Shown: positions 21,775 to 31,849 of the stretch, in pieces
How the letters are laid out: each line of letters opens with the position of its first letter
How positions within the stretch are numbered: the first letter of the stretch is position 1
Notes under the pieces: model-generated
Seen by the model: the letters and a program-made list of their open reading frames with translations, nothing else
Told to the model about the DNA's origin: nothing
Database searches by the model: none
Source: Candidatus Cloacimonadales bacterium
GTDB taxonomy: Bacteria > Cloacimonadota > Cloacimonadia > Cloacimonadales > JAIOQZ01
Length of the DNA stretch: 64,000 nt
Direction: 5' to 3'
Assembly (NCBI GenBank): GCA_963665815.1
Contig: OY762463.1
Span: 3,296,001-3,360,000 of the forward strand
Program-made: the position numbers and the translations under genes

Positions 21775-22147
21775 TCTGTTCTCCTCAGCTTTCCTAATTA
21801 AACTCTATTTTTCTTTTAAATTCTTAGTTTAATGTCTTCACATATAAATATATTAAGATTGTCATAATTTTCAGCAAGGTTTTACTGTCAAATAATTTTA
21901 TAAATTTCCTGTTTTTACCGAATTGTGTATTTTAGATGAAGCAGAAAATTTATTTTTACATAAGTTTGCGGAATGTATATTTATTATTGAATTTAAGCTC
22001 AATTTATGCTGTGTAATCTCAGGATAGAATGGTGTATTTTACTATAATACAGTCGTTTGGAAGTAATAAAAGTCTTGACTCCTGTCTTGGAGTATACTTA
22101 TACTGTCGCAGTATTTACCTTAACCGAAATTTTATTCAGGGGTCCTT

Positions 22148-22969
22148 ATGAAGAAATTTATATTACGTTTTCTATTGGCTGTGTTTATCATTTTTGCAGT
22201 CTCAATCTGGCCAGGCAATAACTGGCTGCAGATTTCTAATTACACATTTAAAAGTAAAAATGTTCCTCAGGAGTTCAATGGCTTCAAGATCGTGCAAATA
22301 TCTGATCTGCACTGCAAAGAGTTCGGGAAACACAATTCCAGACTGTTGAAACATGTGAAGAAACTGAAACCGGACATTATTGTACTTACAGGTGATGTAA
22401 TTGATTACAAAGTTATGAATATGGTAATGGTAGAATCTCTCGCGGAACAGCTCCCGAAGATTGCTCCGGTTTACTACATTACGGGAAATCATGAGCACTG
22501 GTCTGATCTTGTTAAAGATATGGAAATAATAATGAAAGATAATGATATAAACCTGATGGATAACGAAAGAAAGAAGATAAAACGTGATGGAGCTAAAATT
22601 TATTTGAGCGGTATTGCCGATCCGGAAGGTTTCAAATCCAATTCTGATTTTACTAAGAAACTCAAAAAACTCAGGAAGAACAGAGAATTAAATATATTGC
22701 TATCACATAGAGCGGAAAGATTTCAACAATACACTGAGACAGGTTATGATCTGGTTTTTGCAGGGCATGCACATGGTGGACAGTTCAGAATACCGTTTGG
22801 TGGTGGAATTGTTTCTCCCAATCAAGGTTATTTTCCAAAATACACAGATGGTATGCATGTGAAGGACGGTACATCCATGGTTATCAGTAGAGGACTGGGT
22901 AATTCTGTGATTCCATTCCGTGTGTTCAACAGACCTGAAATTGTTGTTGTTACTCTGGAGACAGAATAG
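22148..22969 (+). CDS. Metallophosphoesterase (YkuE/YaeI-like)
   Basis: SDLH, GD, GNHE, GHAHGGQ, SRGLG, RPEI; N-terminal TM helix. Confidence 0.92.
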   Translation: MKKFILRFLLAVFIIFAVSIWPGNNWLQISNYTFKSKNVPQEFNGFKIVQISDLHCKEFGKHNSRLLKHVKKLKPDIIVLTGDVIDYKVMNMVMVESLAEQLPKIAPVYYITGNHEHWSDLVKDMEIIMKDNDINLMDNERKKIKRDGAKIYLSGIADPEGFKSNSDFTKKLKKLRKNRELNILLSHRAERFQQYTETGYDLVFAGHAHGGQFRIPFGGGIVSPNQGYFPKYTDGMHVKDGTSMVISRGLGNSVIPFRVFNRPEIVVVTLETE

Positions 22970-23071
22970 GAATTAGGAATACTGTAATCAACTTTATGAT
23001 TTAAAGTTGACATCTAACCTGCTGAAAATTATTTAATAAATCCTAAAATAATCCGTTTACAGGAAGAAAAT

Positions 23072-24178
23072 TTGAATATACTGTATGTTTCCAATAAAAA
23101 GAAATGGGGTGGAATAGTAAGCTGGATGGAGAAAACTGCATTAAGTTTACAGAAGCGAGGTCATAAAGTCTGGATCTTTTCTCATCCTGATTCAGAATTT
23201 ACGAGAAAGGCATCTGATTCGCTGAATCTTATTCCATTCAGGATTGGTAACGAAAATAATCCGGTAATCTTGTTCAAACTTATAAAATTCATTAAAAGGA
23301 ATAATATACAAGTTCTTGTCTCAAATATAAAAAAAGAATCTGTTATATGTGCCAGAGCAGCAAAAAAGATGAATATAGTGCATATAAGAAGAATAGGCAA
23401 CGAAAAAGATCTTAATCATCCTGCAGTGCAGAGGCTATACAAAAGAAGTATGGTTGATGTTACGATTACACCATGTGAAGATGTGATAACCAAAGTTGTC
23501 GGAATGCATGATTTTGTGGGAAGTTCAGACTTTGCTTGTATTCATAACGGGAGAAATCCTCAGAGTTTTTCTGATAAGTTAGTTTGCTTGTATAAAAAGG
23601 AATTTTCTGTTCCCGAAGATGGTCTGATTCTTGGAGTTCTCTGTCAGCTTGTTATACCTAAGAACATTCCGGGAATTATTCGAACATTTAGAAATGTATT
23701 AAAAACTCATCCCGATACATATCTTGTTGTCGCAGGAAAGGGTCCCGAGGAAGACAATATCAGAAAGATGATTGCTGAGTATGATATTAAGGACAGATGT
23801 CTGATGATCGGGTTTGTAAAGGATACTCTAAAATTTTCTGCATTGACAGATATTGGAATACTGTTTTCTGATATAGAGGGATTTTCAAACTCTGTCGTGG
23901 AATTCATGTCAGTTGGAACACCTGTGATTTGTACTGATGTCGGGGGACAACGTGAGATTGTCAGGGATGGTCTTAATGGCTTTCTTGTTGAACCTGGTGA
24001 TGAACGAGCTCTGGAACAAAAAATTCTTGAACTGCTGAGTGATAAATCCAAACTTGACAGTATGGGGAAAAGAGCCTTTGATAATGTAAAAAATGAGTTT
24101 TCTGAAGATGGAATGATTAACAAAATAGAGCAGTTATATCAAAAAAAAATAAATAAAAAAGGGAAAATAAAGAGATAG
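23072..24178 (+). CDS. Glycosyltransferase family 4
   Basis: GG near N-terminus, IHNG, EGFSNSVVEFMSVGTPVICTDVGG, NGFLV; TTG start. Confidence 0.92.
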   Translation: MNILYVSNKKKWGGIVSWMEKTALSLQKRGHKVWIFSHPDSEFTRKASDSLNLIPFRIGNENNPVILFKLIKFIKRNNIQVLVSNIKKESVICARAAKKMNIVHIRRIGNEKDLNHPAVQRLYKRSMVDVTITPCEDVITKVVGMHDFVGSSDFACIHNGRNPQSFSDKLVCLYKKEFSVPEDGLILGVLCQLVIPKNIPGIIRTFRNVLKTHPDTYLVVAGKGPEEDNIRKMIAEYDIKDRCLMIGFVKDTLKFSALTDIGILFSDIEGFSNSVVEFMSVGTPVICTDVGGQREIVRDGLNGFLVEPGDERALEQKILELLSDKSKLDSMGKRAFDNVKNEFSEDGMINKIEQLYQKKINKKGKIKR

Positions 24179-24181
24179 AAT

Positions 24182-25174
24182 ATGAAAATTGGAATATTGA
24201 CATCATTGAATAAGTCTTATCATCATTTTGAGACGGTTTGTAAAGAACTGAAAATAGATTATGAACTCATTAACCTTGCTTCATCAAACTGGTTAGATAA
24301 TATCAGAAATTCAGATTGTGATGGTTTTATTTGTCGACCTTCATCCACATATCAGGAAAGAAAATCAATGTGGGATGAAAAGCTGTACGTTATTAATAAA
24401 CTGATGGGAAGACATATCTATCCTTCCTACGAAGAGCTCTTCATTTATGAGAACAAAAAAATGATGTCTTACTGGTTGAAACTGAATAATTTTCCACATG
24501 CCGATACATTTGTATTCTACTCAAAAAAAGAATACAAAGATTTCATTAAAAAAACCCGGTTTCCAATGGTTTTCAAAACAAGCATCGGAGCATCCGCAAA
24601 AGGAGTTCAGATTGTGAAAAGCAGAGGACAGGCAGCAGCAATAGGCAGGAAGGCTTTTGGCCCTATGGGGGCAAAGATGAGTCTTGGTTATACTCCACAA
24701 AAAACAGGGAAAGTTGTTAAATTGCCTTCATTCGGTACATCTCAAAGACATTTTGTAATACTTCAAAAGCATATTAATGTTAAGTGGGAATGGAGAATGA
24801 TTCGCATAGGTGAATCGTATTTCGGACATAAAAAGCTTCTTAAAGGTGATTTTGCCAGTGGAAGCGGAAAAGTTGGCTGGGGTGCTCCTCCGGAAGAGCT
24901 GCTTTATATGTTGAAAGATGTCTGTGATACCGGAAATTTCAAGTCTATGGCAATGGATGTGTTTGAGACAGAAAACGGTGAATTCTATATCAATGAGCTT
25001 CAATCCATTTTCGGATCAGTGAACAATTCTCAGATGTTTGTTGAGGGAAAACCGGGGAGATATCTTTTTGATGACAATAAGTTTAAGTTTGAAGAGGGTG
25101 AGTTTAATCATCATGGCAGCAATGTTCTGAGAATAAAACATTTTCTGCAGATTCTGGAAGGAGAAAAGAAGTGA
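24182..25174 (+). CDS. ATP-grasp (RimK-like) ligase
   Basis: ENK, FPMVFKTSIGASAKGV, QKHI..KWEWR, DFASGSG, AMDVF, YINE. Confidence 0.85.
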   Translation: MKIGILTSLNKSYHHFETVCKELKIDYELINLASSNWLDNIRNSDCDGFICRPSSTYQERKSMWDEKLYVINKLMGRHIYPSYEELFIYENKKMMSYWLKLNNFPHADTFVFYSKKEYKDFIKKTRFPMVFKTSIGASAKGVQIVKSRGQAAAIGRKAFGPMGAKMSLGYTPQKTGKVVKLPSFGTSQRHFVILQKHINVKWEWRMIRIGESYFGHKKLLKGDFASGSGKVGWGAPPEELLYMLKDVCDTGNFKSMAMDVFETENGEFYINELQSIFGSVNNSQMFVEGKPGRYLFDDNKFKFEEGEFNHHGSNVLRIKHFLQILEGEKK

Positions 25175-26103
25175 GAATCGGACTTATAAAACCGGATTAT
25201 CCTGATGAAAAAAGAGTAGCTCTTTTGCCGGAAGATATACAGGATTTTGAGAATGAACTTGTTGTAGAAACAGGATTTGGAGAATATCTGGATGTTTCTG
25301 ACGATGAATACATTGCTAAAGGCTGTATAATCAAAGGTCGGGGAGAAATCTACAGAGAATGTGATACAATCTTCAATCTAAAACTTACACAACCTTCTGA
25401 CTATGAGTATCTGCGTGAAAATCAGATGATTATAGGATGGACTCACCCAACCGGTTCCGGAACAGATTTCATGGAAAAACAAGCTATACCGAAGAAACTG
25501 ATTATAGTTGATCTGGATAATATCTTTCCATTTATATTTACCGCTGATCGAAAAATCTCTATAGATTTCCTTAAACCGAATTTCATCTGGAAAAACAGTT
25601 TTATGGCAGGATACAGTTCAACAATTCATGCTCTGGTATCCTTCGGGATGGTTCCTGATTCCAGTACTAAAGTTGCTGTGCTTTCGAGTGGTAATGTCGC
25701 ACAGGGTGCATATAATGCAATCACAGGCTATAATTGTGATGTAAGAATGTTTTACAGGAAAACCATGAATGAATTTTATGATTCCATCAAAGATTATAAT
25801 TTAATTATAAATGGAATAGAGATAGATTCCGATAATGAGCACATTATAACAAAGAAACAACTTGATACTTTGCGAAAGGGAACGTTTATAATTGATGCGG
25901 CCGCAGATGCCGGCAGAGCAGTAGAAGGTACTCATTACACTAGTATATCTAAGCCGGTGTACAAAGAAAATGGTTTGTACTTCTATGAAGTTAATAATTC
26001 TCCCTCAATTTTTTACAGGAAAAGCAGCAGTATAATCAGTAAAGTAATGTCTGACATCGTTTTCAGTAAAGATGTTAAGAGATACTGGGATCTTATCAGT
26101 TAA
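25171..26103 (+). CDS. N5-(carboxyethyl)ornithine synthase-like protein (AlaDH/PNT superfamily)
   Basis: EKRVALLP, ETGFG, GWTH, NSFMAG, SGNVAQGA, VNNSPS; GTG start overlapping the upstream stop. Confidence 0.8.
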   Translation: MRIGLIKPDYPDEKRVALLPEDIQDFENELVVETGFGEYLDVSDDEYIAKGCIIKGRGEIYRECDTIFNLKLTQPSDYEYLRENQMIIGWTHPTGSGTDFMEKQAIPKKLIIVDLDNIFPFIFTADRKISIDFLKPNFIWKNSFMAGYSSTIHALVSFGMVPDSSTKVAVLSSGNVAQGAYNAITGYNCDVRMFYRKTMNEFYDSIKDYNLIINGIEIDSDNEHIITKKQLDTLRKGTFIIDAAADAGRAVEGTHYTSISKPVYKENGLYFYEVNNSPSIFYRKSSSIISKVMSDIVFSKDVKRYWDLIS

Positions 26104-26290
26104 GGAATATTATTAATAAATCAAAAATAGGCATCCCCCCGAAACCTAAATACAATATATGTATAACTTATAATAAATAAAAGTTTTGAAACAGTAAATC
26201 AGTGGAAAATATGAATCAATGTAATAGCTTTGAACTAAGTATGATTGTTTTTAATTGATAGTATTTTCTCTTTTTTGTCCGTATAGTAAA

Positions 26291-26537
26291 TTTTCCCGCT
26301 AAGAAATCCTGAAGCCTTGGAAGGATTTTAGGGAGGATTTACGGTTTCAGCTTGCTGAAAATACATTTAGATGAAATTCACTAATTTCATCAACTACTCC
26401 CAATCTAAAAAAGAGTGCCTTTCTTTTGTTTCGTTTTCTTTGGCACCAAAGAAAATGAAGAGTGCATTTTTCTAAGAAATGTCTGCCAAAAATCCTTCCA
26501 ATCTTCTTTAAGTCAGATTTTCAAGAAAAAACGGGGA
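26291..26537. repeat. Inverted-repeat-bounded, hairpin-rich intergenic element (MITE-like or structured RNA)
   Basis: TTGGAAGGATTTT (26317-26329) / AAAATCCTTCCAA (26489-26501) enclosing three hairpins. Confidence 0.5.
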
Positions 26538-26563
26538 GATACCAACAAAAAAATCAAAAAACA

Positions 26564-26612
26564 TTGACAAAAATCCACTGAATCCTAACTGTATATACAT
26601 GGAATACACAGT
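26564..26612 (+). promoter_or_regulatory. Promoter -35 (TTGACA) plus putative YtrA/GntR operator palindrome
   Basis: TTGACA at 26564; imperfect palindrome ACTGTATATAC-ATG-GAATACACAGT at 26588-26612, just before the regulator start. Confidence 0.65.
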
Positions 26613-26624
26613 AAGGACTGATTA

Positions 26625-27002
26625 ATGAAGATTATGCTCTCAAATGCTTCAGTAGACGCTTTCTACGAGCAGATTTACAAGCAGATCGCTGCCATGATTA
26701 TGAATGGGCGGATTAAGCCTGATGTTATGCTTCCCTCAATTCGGAAGCTGGCTGTTGATCTTGGAGTGAGTGTTATCACAGTAAAAAAAGCTTATGAGAG
26801 ACTCGAGCTGAACGGCTTCATTAATACTATGGCAGGAAAAGGGTGTTTTGCTGCAAAACTGAATCCAGAGCAAATAGAAAATTCACGTAGAAAAATGATG
26901 GAAAAAGATATAAAACAAATCGTAAACAATGCTAAGAAATTCGGAATAAACATTGAAGAACTAAACGAAATGATTTGGGAAGAGCATATTAAGGAGGATT
27001 GA
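26625..27002 (+). CDS. GntR family (YtrA subfamily) transcriptional regulator
   Basis: YEQI, LPSIRKLA, VSVITVKKAY, GKGCF; short C-terminus; precedes ABC genes. Confidence 0.93.
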   Translation: MKIMLSNASVDAFYEQIYKQIAAMIMNGRIKPDVMLPSIRKLAVDLGVSVITVKKAYERLELNGFINTMAGKGCFAAKLNPEQIENSRRKMMEKDIKQIVNNAKKFGINIEELNEMIWEEHIKED

Positions 27003-27868
27003 TGTCAAACATTGTAGAAATAAATGGAGTATGTAAAAAGAGACGTAAATTCCTGATGGAAGATGTGAGTTTCTCACTTCCTTATGGCTATATTATGGGA
27101 TTGATAGGGGAGAACGGAGCGGGGAAAAGTACGCTAATCCATCTGCTTACGAACCTTCTTATTCCCGACTCAGGCACAATCAAGATATTCGGGAAAGAGT
27201 ATGCCGAATGTGAGGAAGAGATCAAAGAAGACATCGGATTTGTGTATGATACTCCATATCTGCAGGATTCGTACAGACTGCGTGATCTCAAGAATATGAT
27301 TTCTATTTTCTACAGGAATTGGGATGACAGTTTATACACTAAATACATGAAAATGTTCAATCTGGATGAGAAAGATGTTTTTGGTAAGTTATCCAAAGGT
27401 AACCAGATGAGGTTCTGCATTGTACTGGCACTTTCTCACAGACCTAAACTCCTGCTGATGGACGAACCGACTGCAGGGCTTGATCCGGTGATACGTCTTG
27501 AACTGCTGGAGCTGCTTTCTGAGATTATTGCAACGGAAGAATGCTCTATCATTTATTCATCGCATATAACGTCGGATCTGGATGATAGAGCAGATTACAT
27601 CGGGCTGATAAGGGAAGGCAGAATGATTCTGTATTCGGACAGGGAGTCAATAGCGGAACAATATGCAATTGTGAAGGGTGATCAGAACCTTATGCGATAC
27701 ATGAACCACTTTGCAGGCTATAGAGAGAAAAACGGATTGATAGAAGCTCTTACTTTCAATAAAGAGTTCCTGATGAAATCACAGAAGGATATTGTTGTTG
27801 AACCTGTTAATTTACAGCAGCTCATGTTCTTCACCAGTGGTAACAGATACAATAAAAACAGGATATAG
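27002..27868 (+). CDS. ABC transporter ATP-binding protein (YtrB-like)
   Basis: GENGAGKS, LSKG signature, MDEPTAGLDP, SSH; ATG overlaps the upstream TGA. Confidence 0.95.
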   Translation: MSNIVEINGVCKKRRKFLMEDVSFSLPYGYIMGLIGENGAGKSTLIHLLTNLLIPDSGTIKIFGKEYAECEEEIKEDIGFVYDTPYLQDSYRLRDLKNMISIFYRNWDDSLYTKYMKMFNLDEKDVFGKLSKGNQMRFCIVLALSHRPKLLLMDEPTAGLDPVIRLELLELLSEIIATEECSIIYSSHITSDLDDRADYIGLIREGRMILYSDRESIAEQYAIVKGDQNLMRYMNHFAGYREKNGLIEALTFNKEFLMKSQKDIVVEPVNLQQLMFFTSGNRYNKNRI

Positions 27869-27873
27869 CTCTT

Positions 27874-28587
27874 ATGGATTTGTTTAAAAAACTCTTGAAA
27901 ATGAACTGGATCATGTTGAGAAGGGAGAAACCACAGTATTACATTCTTATTATTATAACAATGCCTGTAATGTATCTGTACTACAAGGTTACTCGAGATA
28001 TTTACCTGAGTCTTGCCTGTACAATATCACTGTTACTGGCTTCTTCTGCTGTGCAATTCCATAAAATCATTATGCTGAAGATAGGGTTGTTTGCTACATT
28101 ACCGATTAAGAGAGGAAAGCTGATGCTGAATCAGATTGCTGCCATATCACTTCTGACCATGCTGCATCTGGTGTTTATTCTGGGAACGTTTACTGTTTAC
28201 TATACAAAATTCTCTGACGTTGATGTTAACTGGCTTTATACTGCACTTTATACGATTCTGGGTGTTGCAGTCAGTATAATCTATGGCAGTTTTTTCCTGC
28301 TTGTAATAAATACGGGAGTAAAGAAGCATCCGTTTGATATTGTGTTCCTGCTCATAATAATGGTGCAGTACCTGTTTCAAAGACCTCTGATAGACTGTTT
28401 TCAGGTGTTTATACCTGTAGTAAAGCAGTTGATTATGGGTGGGGATTATCCATTGACCACTCTCAGGCTGACAATTGCCGGAGGATTTCTTCTCGGGGTT
28501 GGAGTTATGATATACTTCCTCGTGGAGCTTTACGGTAGATTTCAGAAAATGGATATTTCGACGGGAGTAAGAGAATTATTTTACTAA
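27874..28587 (+). CDS. Putative ABC-2 type permease
   Basis: About six hydrophobic segments, TLPIKRG motif, operon position. Confidence 0.7.
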   Translation: MDLFKKLLKMNWIMLRREKPQYYILIIITMPVMYLYYKVTRDIYLSLACTISLLLASSAVQFHKIIMLKIGLFATLPIKRGKLMLNQIAAISLLTMLHLVFILGTFTVYYTKFSDVDVNWLYTALYTILGVAVSIIYGSFFLLVINTGVKKHPFDIVFLLIIMVQYLFQRPLIDCFQVFIPVVKQLIMGGDYPLTTLRLTIAGGFLLGVGVMIYFLVELYGRFQKMDISTGVRELFY

Positions 28588-28603
28588 TTCAGAGGTGTGA
28601 AAT

Positions 28604-29326
28604 ATGAAAAAGACAATGCAGTATACGTGGAATGAGATAAAAGCATCACGGTTATTCTATGCTTTGGGTGGATATCTGCTGATTTTCTGGGTATCTAATA
28701 AAGAATACAATCCTGAAGAGTTGCTGGCAGTGTTGACAGTTTTCATGACAGTTGTTCCCCTGCTGGCTGTTGCCAATACTGCAAAGAGCATGCAGTCGAA
28801 TATCTGTAGAACCTATGTAGCAACAAGTCTGACGAGAAAGGGCTATCTACGATCAAAGTTCATGATACCCCTGATAATCACGGTTTCCTTTTTCCTGATA
28901 ATACTGGGACTCGGAATGTATGCTTCCAATGCTGATCAAGCTGTTAAAAAGAGTCTCCTTACAAACTTTTCCGGATTAGTGATACTGGGGTTCAGCCTTA
29001 TCACTATTCTTGTGGGATTCAATACTGTATTTGTGCTGATGGCAGAACATTTACGATTTGGTCTGGATGTTATAATTGCGATTGCAGTAAACCTTACTAT
29101 TATACTCTCTGCTCCTCGTCTTATTGCTTTTCTAGGCTTTGGCAGAACCTTCCCTGAACATGGAATCAATTCAATTGAAAGTATAACAGGAGTTGATTGG
29201 ATTATTTACGATATTGCTCTGGTAAAGACTTTCTCAGGATTTATTGCAGTGACGGCAGTAACGGCAATTATTTCTTTTCTGCTCTATAAACTGGGGTTGC
29301 GGGTGTTTATGAAGAAGGATTTGTAG
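28604..29326 (+). CDS. Putative ABC-2 type permease
   Basis: About six hydrophobic segments, LTRKGYLRSKF, C-terminal FMKKDL. Confidence 0.7.
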   Translation: MKKTMQYTWNEIKASRLFYALGGYLLIFWVSNKEYNPEELLAVLTVFMTVVPLLAVANTAKSMQSNICRTYVATSLTRKGYLRSKFMIPLIITVSFFLIILGLGMYASNADQAVKKSLLTNFSGLVILGFSLITILVGFNTVFVLMAEHLRFGLDVIIAIAVNLTIILSAPRLIAFLGFGRTFPEHGINSIESITGVDWIIYDIALVKTFSGFIAVTAVTAIISFLLYKLGLRVFMKKDL

Positions 29327-29424
29327 GGATAATGAAGAAAACCATTTTATGTATTATCGGAACTGAAGTGTTCATTAGGCACTTTTGTGATAGTTTTTGT
29401 TGGTTGTGGAATTTGGCTTACAAG

Positions 29425-29685
29425 CTATTTTACATTACCTCCGGATTTCTCCAGAAGATCGAGCTTTTTCAGCCGATCAATCAAAGTAATGATATCAACC
29501 TCAATTCCATCCTCATAGAGTGTGGCTATAGCCCGAAATATAAAACGGTGTGTGCTCTTGTAAAAATGCTTCTCTTCAACAAACTCCAATGCTCTGGAAC
29601 ATGACTGCTCATCAAGCATCATTGCAGAAAGCACAGCCGATTCCGCATCAATATCCTGAGGTAAAACCCTTCTCATACTTCCCAT
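29425..29685 (-). pseudogene. dnaB: Truncated replicative helicase DnaB, N-terminal fragment
   Basis: PQDIDAESAVLSAMML, HFYKSTHRFIFRAI, VDIITL, LEKSGG, then stop at 86 aa; no helicase domain follows. Confidence 0.8.
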
Positions 29686-29814
29686 ACATTTCCCCTCTCT
29701 TAACTTAACTCAAATGATCCCCCACAGATCAGTTCATATTACTTCATTCAATAACCTATTTCATCCACTTCTACCACCCAACCCCTCACCCGAGGGGCTG
29801 AATAATTCTTTAGT

Positions 29815-30996
29815 CTATAGTAAAGTATTCAGCACAGATACATCAATAGTTTCTTTTTTCTCATATATCTCAATCAGCGTTTCTTTAATTTCATGTTTCC
29901 TCTTAACTCCCGCAAATGTTTTATCAATGATCTGCCATAAAGAACCGACAAATGCAATAACATCTTTATTGTGAATAACTGTATGTTTCTGAAGACCTAG
30001 AAAATCTCTTATGGATTCTGAAGTTTTAGGGTAAAATACACGTAGATAGCTAAAAAAAACTATTTCTTCATCTGAAACATTGTAATCCTTCAAAGTTTTG
30101 TTGAAATTGTATTGCTTCAGTACTCTTTCAATAACTCTAAAGCTATTATTTTCGAATACTGTGTTGTATTTGTTAATAATACTATATATGTCATTCTGTA
30201 CATCATTATAATGTTTATGAATAAACTTTACAGTATTATAACTAATATATGGCAAATTTATGGAATAATCAAAAATTTTCATATAATAGCTATTTGCAAA
30301 TTCATCCTTAATACTTGGAAACTTGTACTTTATAAAATCTCTGGTTATATTAGGATTTTGTCCAAAAATAAAAATTGCCTTTGCCTTATCAACATTAAAG
30401 TAATTTTTCAGTAACTCAATTATTTTTAAAGTTGTATCAGGGAGACATCTATCCAGATCATCAAAGAAAATAACTAAAGGTTTTTCAGTCTTTTCAAAAA
30501 CTTCATTTGTTAGCGCAATAAATTCCTCCTTTATGCTCAAATGTAGATCATTATATCTTTCATGGATCCCCTTTATAGCCTTATCTATTGTATCGTAAGT
30601 ATTTTTCACTGAATTGAAATCTACTTGTGCTCTATAGAATTTTGAGAAAGCACTTATTCCTGCCATTAAAATTGTAAGCCCGAAAACACTAGTATCCTTT
30701 ATCAAATATTTCATTGTTCTCAGTTCTTTCCCTAATTGTGAAAGAAAAGCTATAAATATGTCACCAGTGTTCTCGTATTCCCATGGATTAAACCATATTG
30801 TGTGGTATCCTGCACCCTCTAACTCCTGCTTAAGTAACTTCATTACAAAAGTTTTACCAGTTCCCCAATTGGCTTCTAACGACAATGAATAAGGGTAAGT
30901 CGTAGTAGTAACTAAAGTGTACAGTCTATTAAAGAAATCCTCTTCATAAATCAAATTTTCTTTACTTATAGTTATGTCCACATTATCTCCTTCCAA
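29815..30996 (-). CDS. KAP-family P-loop NTPase
   Basis: Walker A ANWGTGKT, WFNPWEY, hydrophobic insert, Walker B IFFDDLDRC, YYMKIFDYSINLP; AT-rich. Confidence 0.88.
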   Translation of the reverse strand: MEGDNVDITISKENLIYEEDFFNRLYTLVTTTTYPYSLSLEANWGTGKTFVMKLLKQELEGAGYHTIWFNPWEYENTGDIFIAFLSQLGKELRTMKYLIKDTSVFGLTILMAGISAFSKFYRAQVDFNSVKNTYDTIDKAIKGIHERYNDLHLSIKEEFIALTNEVFEKTEKPLVIFFDDLDRCLPDTTLKIIELLKNYFNVDKAKAIFIFGQNPNITRDFIKYKFPSIKDEFANSYYMKIFDYSINLPYISYNTVKFIHKHYNDVQNDIYSIINKYNTVFENNSFRVIERVLKQYNFNKTLKDYNVSDEEIVFFSYLRVFYPKTSESIRDFLGLQKHTVIHNKDVIAFVGSLWQIIDKTFAGVKRKHEIKETLIEIYEKKETIDVSVLNTLL

Positions 30997-31224
30997 ATCC
31001 TTTCAGGCTGTAGTTCATTTTAAATTATTATAACACCAATAACTATAGAAAAATAGTTTCCATCAAACAAAACAACAAATGAACTTCATTTCATCTTGTG
31101 TCAATAATATATTTTTCGACAACCTTCAGAGTACTATCTAATGAGTCAAATATCTGTACTCCAGCAAAGGTCTTTCAGGGAGTAAATCATTAAATGCACC
31201 TTTCTTTTTCAATTCCTAAATCTC

Positions 31225-31428
31225 TTACGGATGTTCTGCAACATACTGAGCAAGCAACAAACGCCCATTATCCTTTGATTTCACAAGTTTCTTAAATAAT
31301 TCATCGAATTTACTAACACATTCCTTCATACTTTCCAAAGTAGGTACATTATCATTAACACTTTCCGGATCCGCACAAGTAGTTGTCGGATTTCCGTTTT
31401 CTTCCATAAATTTTCTAATATCATTCAT
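31225..31428 (-). CDS. Small hypothetical protein or gene fragment
   Basis: 67-aa ORF with AGGA upstream; no recognisable motif. Confidence 0.3.
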   Translation of the reverse strand: MNDIRKFMEENGNPTTTCADPESVNDNVPTLESMKECVSKFDELFKKLVKSKDNGRLLLAQYVAEHP

Positions 31429-31569
31429 AAATCATTCCTAATTATATTCCCCTCCGAAGTTTTTATGTTTTACAGAAACACCAGAATCCGTGGTGATTCA
31501 ATTATTAGAATTACCTGAGTAACGTGAAGAATTCAAAGAATTATTCAGAGATTTCAATTTCAAGAGGGG

Positions 31570-31790
31570 GGCAAATTCATTTCATCAGGAGAGAAATGAA
31601 TTGGGGTGTGTGAATCACAAATGTAGGGAACAATAATTATTGTCCCGTTTAATACGCATTGACACAGTCAACGCACTCCAAAATAGATAGCATTACCGTG
31701 TAGAGGCAAACGGACGTTTACTCAGGAAACCATTCGCAAGGATAGCTTCGCGAACCATTTCGAAGGGACCTTCCCACATCCCGCAATATT
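31570..31790. repeat. Cluster of short REP-like palindromes
   Basis: GTAGGGAACAATAATTATTGTCCC, CATTGACACAGTCAACG, GTAGAGGCAAACGGACGTTTACTC, TTCGCAAGGATAGCTTCGCGAA; related units recur at 63.3-63.65 kb. Confidence 0.6.
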
Positions 31791-31849
31791 ATATTGACAA
31801 ATAAACAGGGCGTAAATTCTTTTAAAAGAAAAATATAAGGAGTTACCAA

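Noticed and set aside
29332-29604. 90-aa plus-strand ORF after the ABC permeases
   Set aside because: Mostly antisense to the dnaB fragment; no recognisable product
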